A DNA stretch of 57,991 bases, taken from assembly GCA_002305205.1 (NCBI GenBank), contig DBQJ01000021.1, forward strand, positions 6,448-64,438. The letters are read 5' to 3'. Made by a program: the position numbers and the translations under genes. The notes beneath the pieces are model-generated. The model saw nothing but the letters and a program-made list of their open reading frames with translations, did not search any database and was not told where the DNA came from. Source of the stretch: a candidate division WWE3 bacterium UBA1397. GTDB taxonomy: Bacteria; Patescibacteriota; WWE3; UBA101185; UBA10185. This document shows, piece by piece, positions 43,193 through 53,156 of this stretch; within the stretch, counting starts at the first letter, position 1, and each line of letters begins with the position of its first letter.

Positions 43193-45040
43193 ATGAATAA
43201 GAATAATAAAAAAACAATAAAAAACAACAGTAAAGGGAAAGCTGTCAGAAAACCTTCCCTTCACAATAATATATTTTTCTATCTCATGGTATTTTTCTTT
43301 ATACTGCTATTGTTTGATTTTATTGGAAGCGGTGATCAGGTAAACAGCAAGGTATCTATAGGTGAAGTATTGAATAGAATACAAAAAGATGCAGTACAGG
43401 ATGTTACAGTTTCGGGAGATAAGATAGAGATTTTATTAAGAGATGGTTCCACAATTATCTCCGAGAAAGAAAGCAGTATTTCATTTGATGAAATATTAAA
43501 GAATAATAATATTGATCGTACTAAGATTATAGGTGAGTATAAAGTAGTACATAGAGTTTCCTTTGATCAGATAATAACGCCTTTATTAATGTTTGGTTTT
43601 CCTCTTCTTATCCTATTTTTTATCTTTAGACAAATACGAGGACAGAATGGAGAATTAATGTCTTTTGGGAAATCAAGAGCCAGAGTATTTGATAAAAATA
43701 AATCAAAGATTACATTTAGTGACGTAGCTGGAAGTGAAGAAGCAAAGAAAGAGATGATGGAAATAGTAGATTTTTTAAAGAGTCCTGAGAAATATCGTTT
43801 ATTGGGGGCAAGAACTCCCAAAGGAGTATTGTTAGTAGGACCTTCGGGTGTTGGGAAAACTCTTTTAGCAAAAGCTATTGCCGGTGAAGCAGGAGTTCCG
43901 TTTTTTAGTGCTGCGGGAAGTGAGTTCATGGAAATGTTAGTGGGAGTCGGATCTTCAAGAGTTAGAGATCTTTTTAGAATGGCAAGAGAAAGTCAGCCAA
44001 GCCTTATCTTCATAGATGAAATAGATGCTATTGGAAGACAAAGAGGAATGGGTATAGGAGGGGGGCACGATGAAAGAGAACAAACCCTTAATCAGATATT
44101 AATAGAAATGGACGGTTTTGATACCAGAACGGATGTAATTGTATTGGCAGCTACCAATAGACCGGATATGCTCGATCCGGCATTAGTAAGACCGGGAAGA
44201 TTTGATAGACGAATAACCATACCACTGCCTGATTTAAAAGATAGGGAAGAAATTATTAAAATTCATATGAAAGGCAAACCTGTATCGGACGAAGTAGATA
44301 TTGAAAAGACAGCCAAGAAAACAGTAGGATTTAGCGGCGCTGATATTGAGAATATGTTAAATGAGTCTGCAATACTGGCTGCCAGGGAAGATAGGAAAAC
44401 AATTCTTCAGAAAGATATTGAAGAGGCAGCTTTAAAAGTTACACTTGGTTCAGAAAGGAAAACGATGCAGACGGAAGAAGAGAGAAGAATGACTGCTTAT
44501 CATGAGGCCGGTCATGCTTTAGTTGCAGCTAACCTGAAAGATATGGACCCTGTTTCCCGCGTTTCCATTGTTGCCAGGGGCGGTTCACTGGGGCATACAA
44601 GTTTTCCCCCCGAAAGAGACCGATATAACGAAACAAAGACAAGATTGATATCAATAATCACAACATCCTTAGGGGGAAGGGCTGCAGAAGAAGTAATTTT
44701 TAATGAACTAACGATTGGGGCCTCAGATGATATAAGTAGAGCTACAAAACTAGCCAAAAGAATGGTAACCGAATTTGGTATGAGCAGCCTTGGTCCTATT
44801 AATTATGATATTGCAGGAGGAGGCATGTGGCTGGCAAGAGATTTTGACGAAGGTTTTCAGATCAGCGATGAAATGGCTGCAAAAGTAGATTTGGAAATAA
44901 AGAAAATAATGGATTCTTGTTATTCTAAAGCTAAGGAAATAATCTCAGAGAAGAAACATATTCTTGGGAAGATAACCGATCGCCTGATGGAAAAAGAGAC
45001 AATAGATGCAGAAGAATTTAAAGAATTGATAGAAGAATAG
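43193..45040 (+). CDS. ftsH: ATP-dependent zinc metalloprotease FtsH
   Basis: Two N-terminal TM helices, AAA+ Walker A GPSGVGKT, Walker B IFIDEID, SRH, and the zinc motif HEAGHA. Confidence 0.9.
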   Translation: MNKNNKKTIKNNSKGKAVRKPSLHNNIFFYLMVFFFILLLFDFIGSGDQVNSKVSIGEVLNRIQKDAVQDVTVSGDKIEILLRDGSTIISEKESSISFDEILKNNNIDRTKIIGEYKVVHRVSFDQIITPLLMFGFPLLILFFIFRQIRGQNGELMSFGKSRARVFDKNKSKITFSDVAGSEEAKKEMMEIVDFLKSPEKYRLLGARTPKGVLLVGPSGVGKTLLAKAIAGEAGVPFFSAAGSEFMEMLVGVGSSRVRDLFRMARESQPSLIFIDEIDAIGRQRGMGIGGGHDEREQTLNQILIEMDGFDTRTDVIVLAATNRPDMLDPALVRPGRFDRRITIPLPDLKDREEIIKIHMKGKPVSDEVDIEKTAKKTVGFSGADIENMLNESAILAAREDRKTILQKDIEEAALKVTLGSERKTMQTEEERRMTAYHEAGHALVAANLKDMDPVSRVSIVARGGSLGHTSFPPERDRYNETKTRLISIITTSLGGRAAEEVIFNELTIGASDDISRATKLAKRMVTEFGMSSLGPINYDIAGGGMWLARDFDEGFQISDEMAAKVDLEIKKIMDSCYSKAKEIISEKKHILGKITDRLMEKETIDAEEFKELIEE

Positions 45041-45050
45041 GCGAATATAT

Positions 45051-45830
45051 ATGTTGATTGATTCTCACTGTCATATTATTGATCCTAGATTAAAGAAAGA
45101 TATTCCCCAGCTTCTTAATGAATCCAGAGAGTCGGGGGTAACTAAATTAATCAGTATCGGTACGTCCCTATCCAATAGTTCCGATACTTATCTTAGGATT
45201 AAAGAATATCCGGAAATATATTCAAGTGTTGGTGTTTATCCCCATGAAGATAAGGAAATACCACAGAAAGATATATTCAAAGGTTTAGATGAATTGATTA
45301 AAAATGATAATGAAGGAAAGATAGTTGCTGTAGGGGAATGCGGACTAGATATATCTGACTACGAAAATCCTAGATCTTTGGAAGAACAGGAAAAAATATT
45401 TATTGCACAGATAGAATTATCAATAAAACACGATTTACCTCTAGTAATTCACAATAGAAATTCAGATGACAGAGTATTTTCAATATTAGAAGGATATAAA
45501 AATAATATTAAGGGAATTGCTCATTGTTTTACTTCAGCATGGGAATCAGCAGTAAAATATTTGGATCTTGGTTTTTATATTTCTTTTTCAGGAATAATTA
45601 CATATCCCTCAAGAAATGATCTGAGAGAAGTGTTAAGAAATATACCTGAGGATCGTATATTGTTTGAAACTGATTCTCCCCATCTTCCTCCCCAGGGTCA
45701 CAGAGGAGAAATAAACTATCCTAAATATGTTAGAATCGTGGCAGAAACAGCTTCCCAGATAATTAAAAAACCATTTCTGGAAGTATGCCGTATATCATAC
45801 GAAAATACTTGCCGTATTTTTAATATATGA
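45051..45830 (+). CDS. tatD: TatD-family metal-dependent hydrolase
   Basis: IDSHCH, GECGLD, and VIHNR...HCF...ETDSP motifs. Confidence 0.85.
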   Translation: MLIDSHCHIIDPRLKKDIPQLLNESRESGVTKLISIGTSLSNSSDTYLRIKEYPEIYSSVGVYPHEDKEIPQKDIFKGLDELIKNDNEGKIVAVGECGLDISDYENPRSLEEQEKIFIAQIELSIKHDLPLVIHNRNSDDRVFSILEGYKNNIKGIAHCFTSAWESAVKYLDLGFYISFSGIITYPSRNDLREVLRNIPEDRILFETDSPHLPPQGHRGEINYPKYVRIVAETASQIIKKPFLEVCRISYENTCRIFNI

Positions 45831-47368
45831 AGGAATTTATTGAAAAACATGACAAATTAACACATAGAATATTTGAAATGACTTTGGGGATATTAACCTG
45901 GTCTTTATTAACATCACCCATATGGCTTGGTGTGATATATCCCAAAGCAATTGTTTATATTCTTACTTTTTTTACAGTATTCTGGTCTTATCTAGCTGTA
46001 AAACACACCATAGGATTAATCAGAGGTTATAAAAAATATAAGGAAGAGGAAAAGATTGATTGGTACGATGAATATAAAAAATTAGATTATTCTGTATTAC
46101 CTGATCCTATTACCCTCCCTGAAAGCAAAGAATCTATAAGACATATGATATTGATACCCGCTGTTAATGAACCCGAATCAGTTTTGAGAGAATCCATAGA
46201 TAGTATTTTCAATCAAACATTTCCTGTAAATCAGATAGTATTGGTTTATTCAATTGAAGAGAAATATTCTAAGGAAACTTGTGAAACGATAGAAAGGATT
46301 GTAGGAGATCGCAAGTCTAAATTGTACAAGTTTATGATGTTTGTACATCCCTTCGGTATTGAAGGAGAGGCCATAGGAGCTGCGGCAGCAAACAGAACAT
46401 GGGGTGCAAAACATGCTGTTGAAGAATTAAAATCCTCAGGAGAAAACATTAGGAATTATATTTTCAGTACTATAGATTCAGATCATGTGTTATATCCTCA
46501 GTATATATCAAGACTTACCCATCTCTATCTAAGTACACCAAGAAGAGATAATCACTACTTCTCTACAGCAGTTCACCTGTTTGATAATAATCTATGGAGA
46601 GTTCCAATGATGATGAGAATTGAGGCAAACGCTGTTACTATGGGAAGTCTATCAGACTGGAGTGCATCAAAGAGAAAACTTAAAGATACATTTTCCTCAT
46701 ATTCTTCGTCTCTTCAAACATTGATAGACGCAAATTACTGGGATGTTACTCTGGGTGTAGACGACACCATATTTTATTGGAGATCACTTTTTGTTAGAAA
46801 CGGTGATTTTGAGGGGGTCCCTCACTATGTTCCCTATTCAGCGGATGCTGTTGAAGGCAGCAACTATGTTGATTCTCATATAAGGATGTATAAGCAGTTG
46901 TTGAGATGGGGCTGGGGAGCTATAGATTTCCCCCTTTCTATGAAAGAATTCTTAAAAAATGAAAAAATCCCGCGTTCCTTAAAAGTATCATGGTTTTTCA
47001 AACATATGGAAAGGAGAGTTATATTAATAAATATTGTATTTCTGATTACCTTCGGATTTGGTTTGGTAACTTTAGTTAACCCATATGTTAAACAGTCTAA
47101 CTTCGCATATAGTCTACCCGATATTATGAGTATTATCCTCACATTTACTCTTGTATTTTTAGTACCCGGATCATATCTAAGAATGAAGCTGGTAAAACCT
47201 ATGCCTAAAAATTGGCCTATATACAGGAAAGCCTTAACGTTGATGGAGGGTCCTTTGATAATGCTTAACTTATTAACATATTCTTTTATTCCCTGGGTGC
47301 ATGCTCAGACAAAAATGCTTCTTGGTAAAAAGATGAAAGATCTTTATCATACCCCTAAGGTTAGATGA
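45827..47368 (+). CDS. membrane-embedded GT2-like glycosyltransferase
   Basis: ILIPAVNEP...IDSIFNQTFP (GT-A start) and TIDSDH (DxD-like), flanked by N- and C-terminal TM helices. Confidence 0.6.
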   Translation: MKEFIEKHDKLTHRIFEMTLGILTWSLLTSPIWLGVIYPKAIVYILTFFTVFWSYLAVKHTIGLIRGYKKYKEEEKIDWYDEYKKLDYSVLPDPITLPESKESIRHMILIPAVNEPESVLRESIDSIFNQTFPVNQIVLVYSIEEKYSKETCETIERIVGDRKSKLYKFMMFVHPFGIEGEAIGAAAANRTWGAKHAVEELKSSGENIRNYIFSTIDSDHVLYPQYISRLTHLYLSTPRRDNHYFSTAVHLFDNNLWRVPMMMRIEANAVTMGSLSDWSASKRKLKDTFSSYSSSLQTLIDANYWDVTLGVDDTIFYWRSLFVRNGDFEGVPHYVPYSADAVEGSNYVDSHIRMYKQLLRWGWGAIDFPLSMKEFLKNEKIPRSLKVSWFFKHMERRVILINIVFLITFGFGLVTLVNPYVKQSNFAYSLPDIMSIILTFTLVFLVPGSYLRMKLVKPMPKNWPIYRKALTLMEGPLIMLNLLTYSFIPWVHAQTKMLLGKKMKDLYHTPKVR

Positions 47369-47374
47369 TAACCT

Positions 47375-48859
47375 ATGAAGATTAATCAAAGAACATTAAA
47401 CATCACAAGACAGTTTATCTCTCAATTCAAAGATAAAAATATTACTTTAAGTACATTGAGTATACTTATAATCTCTTTCCAATTTATTTACATATTCTTT
47501 CGTTCCAAATATCTTAATGCAGAAATTCCCCTGTGGTATACAAGATTATGGGGTGACAACTGGCTGGCTCCTAAATCTGCAATATATATTATTCCAGCGG
47601 TATCTTTTCTAGTGTTTGTATTTGGATTACTCCTTATATTATTTAATAGGTACTATATAAAATATTTTCGCGGATTGATCTGGAGCGCAGTTCTTTTTTG
47701 TATATCATTTCTAACCTACTCGTTAATTACAATTGTTCATAATTCCTCAATATTTTTTAAACCGGCCGTCAACCCTAATCTAATACCCCTTTTTATACCT
47801 CTAATACTAAGTTTTCTTTTAACATTCTTAATAGTTCCTTACTTTATTGAATTTGCACAGAATAAAAGAATAGTGACCAGTCCCCAAATGCATCAACACC
47901 CGGGAATGGTCTTAGAAGCACCTTCAGCGAGAGGGGGAGGCGTGGTGTACGGATTAATATTTCTACTCTTATCAATATTGTTTGTTGGTATTCCCCAGCA
48001 CTTCACAGGGATTTTTCTTTCAATCCTTATGATAATAGGTTTAAGTATAATTGACGATTATCAGAACACACATCCTTTATCCCCCCTCAAAGTATTTGAG
48101 AATCCTTTTCTAAGATTATTTCTTCTTCTTCTTTCTGTAATACCTACTGTTCTATCAGGTATACTAATCATTGAGGTAACCAACCCCCTGGGAGACCTTC
48201 TCATACTTACCAGTATTCATAAAGCTTTGCCTGCAGTAATTACTATTCTATGGATCGTTTGGGTGATGAATGTACTTTCATGGTCTAACGGTATAGATGG
48301 ACAGTACTCAGGAATTATAGGGATAGCTTCCTTAGCAGTAATGTTTTTGGCTTTAAGGTTCAAACCGTTGGAATCTATTCATACACAAATCGCTATCCTG
48401 GCAGCAATAAGCGCCGGAAGCGCTTTTGGTTTGTCTAAATATAATTGGCACCCATCAAAGATTATGTGGGGTTTTGGAGCTATGACAGCAGGTTTATTAA
48501 TTGCAGCTTTATCTATATCAGTTAAAGGAAAGATTATTACTTCAGTCTTGATAATATTAATTCCCTTTATGGATGCTGTTGTTACTGTGATTAGAAGATT
48601 AATACAAGGAAAAAATCCCTTGAGCGGAGACAGGGGTCACTTACATCATCTTCTTTTAGACAGGGGATGGAATGTACAAAAAATAGCCAGATTCTATTGG
48701 ATCACTACAGCAGTATTTGCTTTGATAGGTCTTCTGACACCTGAGAGATATGCAATACAAACTGCAATGATCATAGTGGGATTAGTTGCTTTTATAATAG
48801 TTCTAATGAATGTAAGATCAGGATTAAACAGGAAAGAGAAACTAAAATTTGAGAGATAA
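47375..48859 (+). CDS. MraY/WecA-family polyprenyl-phosphate sugar-1-phosphate transferase with long N-terminal TM extension
   Basis: IIDDYQN, NVLSWSNGIDGQYSG, and MDAVVTVIRR..QGKNPLSGDRGHLHH motifs of the GT4 (MraY-like) family. Confidence 0.75.
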   Translation: MKINQRTLNITRQFISQFKDKNITLSTLSILIISFQFIYIFFRSKYLNAEIPLWYTRLWGDNWLAPKSAIYIIPAVSFLVFVFGLLLILFNRYYIKYFRGLIWSAVLFCISFLTYSLITIVHNSSIFFKPAVNPNLIPLFIPLILSFLLTFLIVPYFIEFAQNKRIVTSPQMHQHPGMVLEAPSARGGGVVYGLIFLLLSILFVGIPQHFTGIFLSILMIIGLSIIDDYQNTHPLSPLKVFENPFLRLFLLLLSVIPTVLSGILIIEVTNPLGDLLILTSIHKALPAVITILWIVWVMNVLSWSNGIDGQYSGIIGIASLAVMFLALRFKPLESIHTQIAILAAISAGSAFGLSKYNWHPSKIMWGFGAMTAGLLIAALSISVKGKIITSVLIILIPFMDAVVTVIRRLIQGKNPLSGDRGHLHHLLLDRGWNVQKIARFYWITTAVFALIGLLTPERYAIQTAMIIVGLVAFIIVLMNVRSGLNRKEKLKFER

Positions 48860-49268
48860 CTCCCCACGGAGGGCGGGCTGGAAAGTGAACTATATGCTGT
48901 ATTTTCATCATGATATAGGGAATACCCTTTTTTTCTTTATTAAATATCGCAGGGCCTGTTATTGCATCCGGTAGTACTGATGCTATACCACATAAGAATA
49001 TATTTATTGATAATAGAGGATCTTTAATCACCCACAAAGTCAGTAAAGTAAAAAACAAACCTATTCCAACACCAATAGATAAATCAGCTATAACTTTAAG
49101 TGGATAGTATGGGTCTGTTTTTCCTTCCTCCGACTCTATACAAAAATCCCAATGAGGAACTAAATCTCCAAGGAAATGCAGGAAGAATGAAGTTGGCACA
49201 GCAATAAGAGGTTCCTTTACTGAAACTGCTACCGCTATTCCTACCAGAGTATGGGGAGTTAAAAGCAT
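48792..49268 (-). CDS. membrane-bound metal-dependent hydrolase (DUF457/YdjM-like)
   Basis: HTLVGIAVA...HFLGDLVPHWD...DAITGP pattern with 4 TM helices. Confidence 0.6.
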   Translation of the reverse strand: MLLTPHTLVGIAVAVSVKEPLIAVPTSFFLHFLGDLVPHWDFCIESEEGKTDPYYPLKVIADLSIGVGIGLFFTLLTLWVIKDPLLSINIFLCGIASVLPDAITGPAIFNKEKKGIPYIMMKIQHIVHFPARPPWGVISQILVSLSCLILILHSLELL

Positions 49269-49377
49269 ATGGAAAAGATGATATATATTTTCTACCTATT
49301 TAGCAAATTGTTATTGTTAAATACATTTCATTTTCTTTTAATCTCGATTGTGTTCTAATTAATTGTCGGGGTTCTCT

Positions 49378-50031
49378 ATGAGAATACTCTTAATTGATGA
49401 AAGCGGATTATTAGATAGTTATTACCATGACTTTAGAGATAACTATGTAGTTGATTTTGTACACGATAGTATTGAAGGACAGTATCTATTCGAAGTGAAT
49501 GAATATGATGCTGTAGTAATGGGGCCATGTATAAAACCAAACGAGATCCCTAACATCAACAAAAATACAGTATCTGTTGCTGTTACATACGATAATGAGG
49601 ATTCAAACAATAGGATATCTTTATTAAATTCCGGGGTAGATGTATGTCTTAAAGAGCCTGTTCATTATCCTGAACTAGATGCACAGATAAAGGTATTAAT
49701 AAAGAAAGCCAGAAGTATATCAACAGATAAAATAAGTGTGGGTAATGTAAGTTTATATCCTTTGCAGAAATGTGTTTATATAGGATCTAGAAGTATAAGA
49801 CTAAGGAGGAAGGAATATGAAATACTCCAATATCTATTCTTTAATATAAATAAAATAGTTTCTAAAGAAGAGCTTTTAGAACATATATGGGACGATGGTT
49901 TATGTGTGTTTTCAAATACTGTTGAGGTGCAGATTAGAAATCTTAGACTTAAGCTTAAAAAATATAAGGTATACAATCTTGTACAGACAGTAAAAGGATT
50001 TGGTTATTTGATAAAGAAATCAGATTTGTGA
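49378..50031 (+). CDS. OmpR/PhoB-type response regulator with degenerate receiver domain
   Basis: The C-terminal winged helix LRRKEYEILQYL...VSKEELLEHIWD...NTVEVQIRNLRLKL...GFGY is typical. The receiver reads YDAVVMGP where D-L-x-L-P with the phospho-Asp is expected. Confidence 0.7.
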   Translation: MRILLIDESGLLDSYYHDFRDNYVVDFVHDSIEGQYLFEVNEYDAVVMGPCIKPNEIPNINKNTVSVAVTYDNEDSNNRISLLNSGVDVCLKEPVHYPELDAQIKVLIKKARSISTDKISVGNVSLYPLQKCVYIGSRSIRLRRKEYEILQYLFFNINKIVSKEELLEHIWDDGLCVFSNTVEVQIRNLRLKLKKYKVYNLVQTVKGFGYLIKKSDL

Positions 50032-50061
50032 AATTTCGAAAAAAACCCTATTATTCAATGA

Positions 50062-51006
50062 ATGATATATACTATTTATCAAATTATTAGGACAGCAAGG
50101 CCCAGACAATGGCTAAAGAACGGAAGCATTTTTGCTGCCCCTGTACTGGCAGGAGTTTTGTTTGCTGATAATAAATTGTACCTTTTAATTCAGGCCTTTA
50201 CTTCATTTTGTATTCTTTCCTCCGGAGCATATTTTTTAAACGATATATTGGATGCACCCAGAGATAGGCAGCACCCTATCAAGAAAAACAGGCCCATAGC
50301 ATCAGGAGCATTATCTCCGAAAACCGCTTGGTTCTTTGTATTTATATTTATTCTTTCCCCCATAATTTACTCTTTTATTTTCCTAGGGACTTACTTCACA
50401 CTGTCTATGATTATTTATATCGTTATACAGCTATGCTATTCCTTATATTTTAGAAATATAATTATTTTAGATTCTTTGGTTGTGGCTTCTGGATTTGTAA
50501 TCAGGGTATTTGCCGGTGGTTTTGCATCAAATACATCTATTTCATCCTGGCTTACTCTAACCACCATAGGTATATCGTTACTAATGGCATTTGGAAAAAG
50601 AAGATCAGAGAAGACCATTCTTGCTAAATTGAGTACACCTAATTTTCAACCTGACACACGTGCAACATTAAAACACTATCCGGATAATCTGTTGGACAGT
50701 ATGATCACTATGTTTGCATCTTATACTGTTGTTACTTATTCACTTTTTGCTTTTCAGACATCCCCCAAAGGTGTAAGTAAAGTACTGTCTGATTTTCTTC
50801 CATCAATTTTAAAAGGACCTAAATGGATGATGTTAACTATTCCTTTAGTTATCTACGGAGTAGCCAGGTATCTCTATATTATTTATGAAAAAGGAGAGGC
50901 AGAATCTCCGGAGAGAGTTCTTCTATCAGATAAATCCATTCTATTTACTGTAATATTGTGGGGGGCAATGGTTATGGGAATTATTTATTTAGTTCCTTTG
51001 GGATAG
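50062..51006 (+). CDS. UbiA-family prenyl-phosphate phosphoribosyltransferase (DPPR-synthase-like)
   Basis: RPRQWLKNGSIFAAP...SSGAYFLNDILDAPRDRQHPIKKNRPIASG matches the decaprenyl-phosphate phosphoribosyltransferase subfamily pattern. Confidence 0.7.
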   Translation: MIYTIYQIIRTARPRQWLKNGSIFAAPVLAGVLFADNKLYLLIQAFTSFCILSSGAYFLNDILDAPRDRQHPIKKNRPIASGALSPKTAWFFVFIFILSPIIYSFIFLGTYFTLSMIIYIVIQLCYSLYFRNIIILDSLVVASGFVIRVFAGGFASNTSISSWLTLTTIGISLLMAFGKRRSEKTILAKLSTPNFQPDTRATLKHYPDNLLDSMITMFASYTVVTYSLFAFQTSPKGVSKVLSDFLPSILKGPKWMMLTIPLVIYGVARYLYIIYEKGEAESPERVLLSDKSILFTVILWGAMVMGIIYLVPLG

Positions 51007-51013
51007 GTTGAGA

Positions 51014-51235
51014 TCAATTATCTTTATTTACCGTTTCAGTTGATTCTTTTACTACTTCTATTATTCTAATTACTTCCTTAATTTCTTGTTTAGGACATTT
51101 ACAATCAGTTGCAGAAAGGACTTGATTGTCTTTCTCCATCTTTATAACAGGCAAGGATACTAATGGTAGTACAAGCATAGAGAGAAGAAACATACCTAGG
51201 AGTGAGTCAAATGCTAATTTAAATATTTTATTCAT
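51014..51235 (-). CDS. small membrane-anchored protein
   Basis: 73-aa ORF with an N-terminal TM. Overlaps the upstream gene's stop. Confidence 0.4.
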   Translation of the reverse strand: MNKIFKLAFDSLLGMFLLSMLVLPLVSLPVIKMEKDNQVLSATDCKCPKQEIKEVIRIIEVVKESTETVNKDN

Positions 51236-51794
51236 TTTCTTCCTCCATCATATATTTAGAATCGGGATCGTATTCTGCTTCATGTGATTTTGTTATTTTT
51301 ATCTCATGATCTATATCAGATATAAATAATACAGTAATAACTATTGTGAATGTTAGGATAAGGAAAAACACCCAAGTATAAAGGATATTGAAAAAAGCCA
51401 TGAAAGCAGATACAGTCAGCATTAAGTATAGATAGGAAAGCCAAACAGCTCCTTTAGAATAAATATGGAATGAGTTTTGAATAAGAGAGTCAGCTCTGAG
51501 TGAAAATAATTTTGCAGTTAGGGAAGGTTTTATATGGGAATCATGAAAGATCAAGGATTTAATTACTATAATAATTAAACCAATTATTACGATTCCTGAC
51601 ATTGCCAGTATGGAATAAGAGTTTACCTCAATATAGTCATTTTTATCTGCAAATACTATTCCCGATGTTAAAATCTCAAAATCTGCATTTAAGTTTCTGG
51701 CTATCAGAATAACACTAATCAAACGGGACATGAACAACACAAGTGCAGGAAATATAGCTTCATCTATCAATTTTATTAATATGCGTGAGAACAT
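51228..51794 (-). CDS. integral membrane protein (4-5 TM)
   Basis: 188-aa hydrophobic ORF. Confidence 0.5.
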   Translation of the reverse strand: MFSRILIKLIDEAIFPALVLFMSRLISVILIARNLNADFEILTSGIVFADKNDYIEVNSYSILAMSGIVIIGLIIIVIKSLIFHDSHIKPSLTAKLFSLRADSLIQNSFHIYSKGAVWLSYLYLMLTVSAFMAFFNILYTWVFFLILTFTIVITVLFISDIDHEIKITKSHEAEYDPDSKYMMEEENE

Positions 51795-51818
51795 ATGGGC
51801 TGATATGATATTACTACC

Positions 51819-53156
51819 ATGCTGATCAAACAGTCAATAAAAGAAATATTATCACGCCCGTACTTTTCCCTATTATCCTTGATGGTGTTGGCATTGCCAT
51901 TGATCGTTAGTAGTAATACTAATGAGCTGTTTGAGTTTCCCAAAACATATCTTCTATATGTACTGGGAAGCATATTGATAATGATATTTATCATAGAGAG
52001 CATAGTTAAGTGCAACGATATATGTATTAAGAAAGATACATTGGTCAGGAATACTTATTATCACTTACCTGTAATTTTATTTGTATCCTCAGTGATAATA
52101 TCAACAATATTTTCCTCCCATACCTATACTTCTGTATGGGGTTACTATTCCCGTGCAAATGGGGGATTAGTGTCTTTCTTAATATTTGCAGCAATATATA
52201 TAACTATAGTAAATAAGTTTAAGATCGGTGATTTTATCCAAATAAATAAAATAATAGCAATATCAGTTATTCCCGTAAGTATATTGGGAATATTTCAGTA
52301 TTACGGTATTTTATCTGATCCGGTTGTCAGAGTTTATTCTACTTTTGGGCAGCCCAACTGGCTTGCTCAATATTTGGTTATGATTCTTCCTTTTGTTTTA
52401 TATTTATTTATTAAAGAAAGTAAATATATATGGTTAGTGATATTTATAATGGGCTACTCTTGTTTATGGTTTACTTACTCAGTATCGGGTATCTTAGGAT
52501 TTGCTGTTGTTTCATTATCCTCAATTTTCGTTTTTCTAAAAGATAAATTATTAAATAGAAATACAATAATCAAACTAATAATTATATATACAATACTTGG
52601 TTTAATATCTTTTCTTAATCTGGGTATTTTTAAAGATAGGATTAATGATGTATTAATGGATATGAAAATATGGAATAAAGATAATACCAATGTTGGGTAT
52701 GAAGCTGATAGAGATACGGATGATATTAAAATAGATACTTCTATAAGTGAGGAATATAAAATATCAGACCCCGGTTTTATAAGAATAGGTTTATGGAAGG
52801 GTGCTTATAATCTTTGGGCATCCTCCATAAAAAATATTATATTAGGAACCGGTCCTGAGACTTTTCCCTATGAATTTCAGGATTACAGGATACTAAGTCT
52901 TAACTATTCCTCAGAGTGGAATTATGTTTTTAATAAGCCCCATAATTATTATCTGCAGTTATTATCCGAAATGGGTTTAATAGGTATAATCTCTTATGTT
53001 TTTTTAATAATTAGTGTTTTCAGAAGGATTCCTCATCGTTTAATGCCGGGTATGATAGGTTTTCTATTTACCAATATATTCGGATGGCCTGTTCTAGTAA
53101 CCTCGCTGCTCTTTTGGATTTATATTTCGGAAGACAGGAGAAAGGCAGGTGTATGA
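51819..53156 (+). CDS. O-antigen ligase / Wzy_C-family polytopic membrane protein
   Basis: About 11 TM helices and a large external loop, with GTGPETF...HN.YLQLL.E.G..G near the C-terminus as in O-antigen ligase-like proteins. Confidence 0.65.
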   Translation: MLIKQSIKEILSRPYFSLLSLMVLALPLIVSSNTNELFEFPKTYLLYVLGSILIMIFIIESIVKCNDICIKKDTLVRNTYYHLPVILFVSSVIISTIFSSHTYTSVWGYYSRANGGLVSFLIFAAIYITIVNKFKIGDFIQINKIIAISVIPVSILGIFQYYGILSDPVVRVYSTFGQPNWLAQYLVMILPFVLYLFIKESKYIWLVIFIMGYSCLWFTYSVSGILGFAVVSLSSIFVFLKDKLLNRNTIIKLIIIYTILGLISFLNLGIFKDRINDVLMDMKIWNKDNTNVGYEADRDTDDIKIDTSISEEYKISDPGFIRIGLWKGAYNLWASSIKNIILGTGPETFPYEFQDYRILSLNYSSEWNYVFNKPHNYYLQLLSEMGLIGIISYVFLIISVFRRIPHRLMPGMIGFLFTNIFGWPVLVTSLLFWIYISEDRRKAGV

